DNA of 63,382 bases, filler included, from Octopus bimaculoides (Eukaryota), in the NCBI RefSeq assembly GCF_001194135.2. It is 4 parts of 4 records of this genome, joined end to end, with 100 filler letters (N's around TTAATTAATTAA, not from the genome) between each part and the next. Parts side by side here need not be neighbours in the genome. Positions count along the whole stretch, not along the records: positions 61,309 to 63,382 come from NC_068984.1; 3 more parts are not named here. One strand, given 5' to 3'. The notes below the pieces were generated by a model. The model made no database searches and was not told where the DNA came from. It worked only from the letters and a program-made list of their open reading frames with translations. The stretch's first letter is position 1, and each line of letters begins with the position of its first letter. Below are positions 61,535-63,382 of this stretch, piece after piece. Both the position numbers and the translations under genes were made by a program.

Positions 61535-62330
61535 ACAAACTTTTGTTCCTAAATTTGATAGATTATCATAATTTTTAGTTGGATCATAATCAAATACTGC
61601 ATTTGTAAATGTTTTAACAGAAGTACATGATTCAGCATATCTTGACCTTTGCTCCATAATCTGAGATTTCCTGGTCACAATGTGCGAAATTCTAATTTTC
61701 TCTCCTATTTCTTGTGTCGAATTTTCTCTCAACACTTGGTGAGCCAATTTTCTCTAATTTCATTCTTTCTTTGAAATGAGTCTTTCCCGTCTTCGTCTTT
61801 GATACTCTCCATTTCTTGCTCCTTGAATTTCTCTCTCATTGTCACTCATTTCATTTGTTTTTGTTTTTTTGTTGTTTTTTTTGTGTATTCTTGCTGAAGC
61901 ATTTAAAATTATCCTTGTATCGTTATTTATTACACTTATAATATTGTTGTTATTAGTTGGATCATTTAAGTTTTAGTCAGTTCTTACTTGAGTAATAATT
62001 TCTTGCTCCTCCATAGGCTGAGAATTTTATGCCACAGTGTGAGAAATTCTAATTTCCTCTCTTATTATTTCTATTGTCGAATTTTCTATCAACACTTGGT
62101 GAGCCATCTGTGTTCTTCTCTAATTTGATTCCTTCATTGAATTAAGTATTTTCTGTCTTTGTGTTTGACACTCTCGATTTTTTGCACTCTGAATTTCTCA
62201 CTCTTCTTCATTCATTTCATTTCTGTTTTGGCGTTTTCTTGCTGAGGCATTTAAAATTTTCCTGGTATCATTATTAATTACACTTATATTATTGTTGTTT
62301 AAATCATTAGTTGCATTAAGTTTTGGTCGG
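61535..62330 (-). mobile_element. Diverged ~355-bp tandem duplication; possible Helitron Rep/Hel N-terminal remnant
   Basis: Two copies (~61640-62000, ~62000-62330) share ctcaacacttggtgagcca and gcatttaaaatt. Reverse frame RENSTQEIGEKIRISH...TFTNAVFDYDPTKNYDNLSNLGTKVC resembles the Helitron N-terminal AFxYDPxxxY..IGxMxxxC region. Confidence 0.4.
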
Positions 62331-62828
62331 TAATGATGAAAGGGTTATCATTATTATGAGTTGTATTAATATTCATAACGTAATTTTCTGAAACGACACA
62401 ATTGTTAAAGGAACTTGTATCGGTTGCTTCCATCGCAATCATTACATATATCACTTAAATTATTATCGTCATTGATAACGGAATTTTCTGAAGTGACACT
62501 ATTATTAAATGAAGCTATCGGCTGCTCACAGGAAAGATGTGGCCGCTATTTCTAACACATCCAGCTTAAACTTCAGATGGATTCTGCGAGAAGAGAATGG
62601 CAACTGATAATGTGAAAACTGGAGGGTATAAGAAAGAATTTAGAAATGTACTTCACCTTAATGTTGGTTTTAGACGTCGTATTTGGGAAGAGTTCGAAGA
62701 TTAATAGTTATCAAGCAAAAGGGAGATGATTCTAAAGCATTAATGAACTATTGTCTGTTCACGATTCGTAAAATAATACTTCGGTTATTTCCGGTTAATC
62801 TCACTTTTAAACGATGTTTGTCAAATAC

Positions 62829-62873
<45 letters not shown>

Positions 62874-63042
62874 GCACGTATGTCTGTGAGTGTATGTCAG
62901 AGAGAAAGGGAAGCATACATGTATATATGCATATATATATATATACATGTATATATAGAAATATATATATATATATATATATATACATACACATGTATAT
63001 ATGCATACACGCACACATATATACAAACATACATTAATGTAT

Positions 63043-63088
<46 letters not shown>

Positions 63089-63382
63089 CATGTATGCATG
63101 CATGCATGCATGCATGTATGTATGTATGTATGTATGTATGTATGTATGTATGTATGTATAGCAAACGCACCCGTCCTTTGGATGGTTTAAGTTGTGAGAA
63201 GGTTTATGAGTCGCACGGTAATCCACGTTTCCAATTAATATAGGTTGACCTTGTTTCAGTAAATTTTTACAAGTACCAGCCCCCGCGCCATGCTTTTCAC
63301 CCCCAAAATAAATGAATAAAACACGATAAATAAAACATGAGGAGAGTATACCGAGCGAGTAAAGCGGATTGACATGTGCCAG

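Overview
Eukaryotic, AT-rich, non-coding-dominated draft-assembly sequence, not prokaryotic. It contains about 20 N-gaps, almost all flanked by microsatellites. The extreme (TA)n/(TG)n/(AAT)n/(TATC)n load and the recurring SINE families point to a coleoid cephalopod, most likely Octopus; this is an inference from recognition, not a database search. No host protein-coding gene, rRNA, functional tRNA or CRISPR array can be supported. Nearly all long ORFs in the track are artefacts of N-runs or microsatellites. The window is a transposable-element landscape. Non-LTR retrotransposon remnants: R4/Dong-clade RT at 3838-4838 (+) and ~41110-42345 (-); CR1-clade RT at 57143-58745 (+) and 19020-19445 (-); three 3' ends of an RTE-like LINE with two C2H2 fingers and a (TA)n tail; and a probable L1/Tx1 3' end. 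Decayed Tc1/mariner transposases: mariner DD34D, maT/DD37D-type and rosa/DD41D-type. Also MITE-like and foldback elements, a possible Helitron fragment, and more than 30 copies of at least three tRNA-derived SINE families (called A, B and C here). The most interesting observations are: a 52-nt 3' tail shared between the CR1 LINE and SINE B (candidate SINE-LINE partnership); R4/Dong insertions stacked in one (AAT)n array; a 1.25-kb head-to-head inverted SINE cluster (candidate dsRNA/ADAR substrate); a 44-bp minisatellite derived from a SINE promoter head; a ~250-bp near-perfect foldback; and a CR1 fragment nested inside a DNA transposase. I do not see evidence for a novel multi-gene system. A few candidate exons are listed at low confidence.
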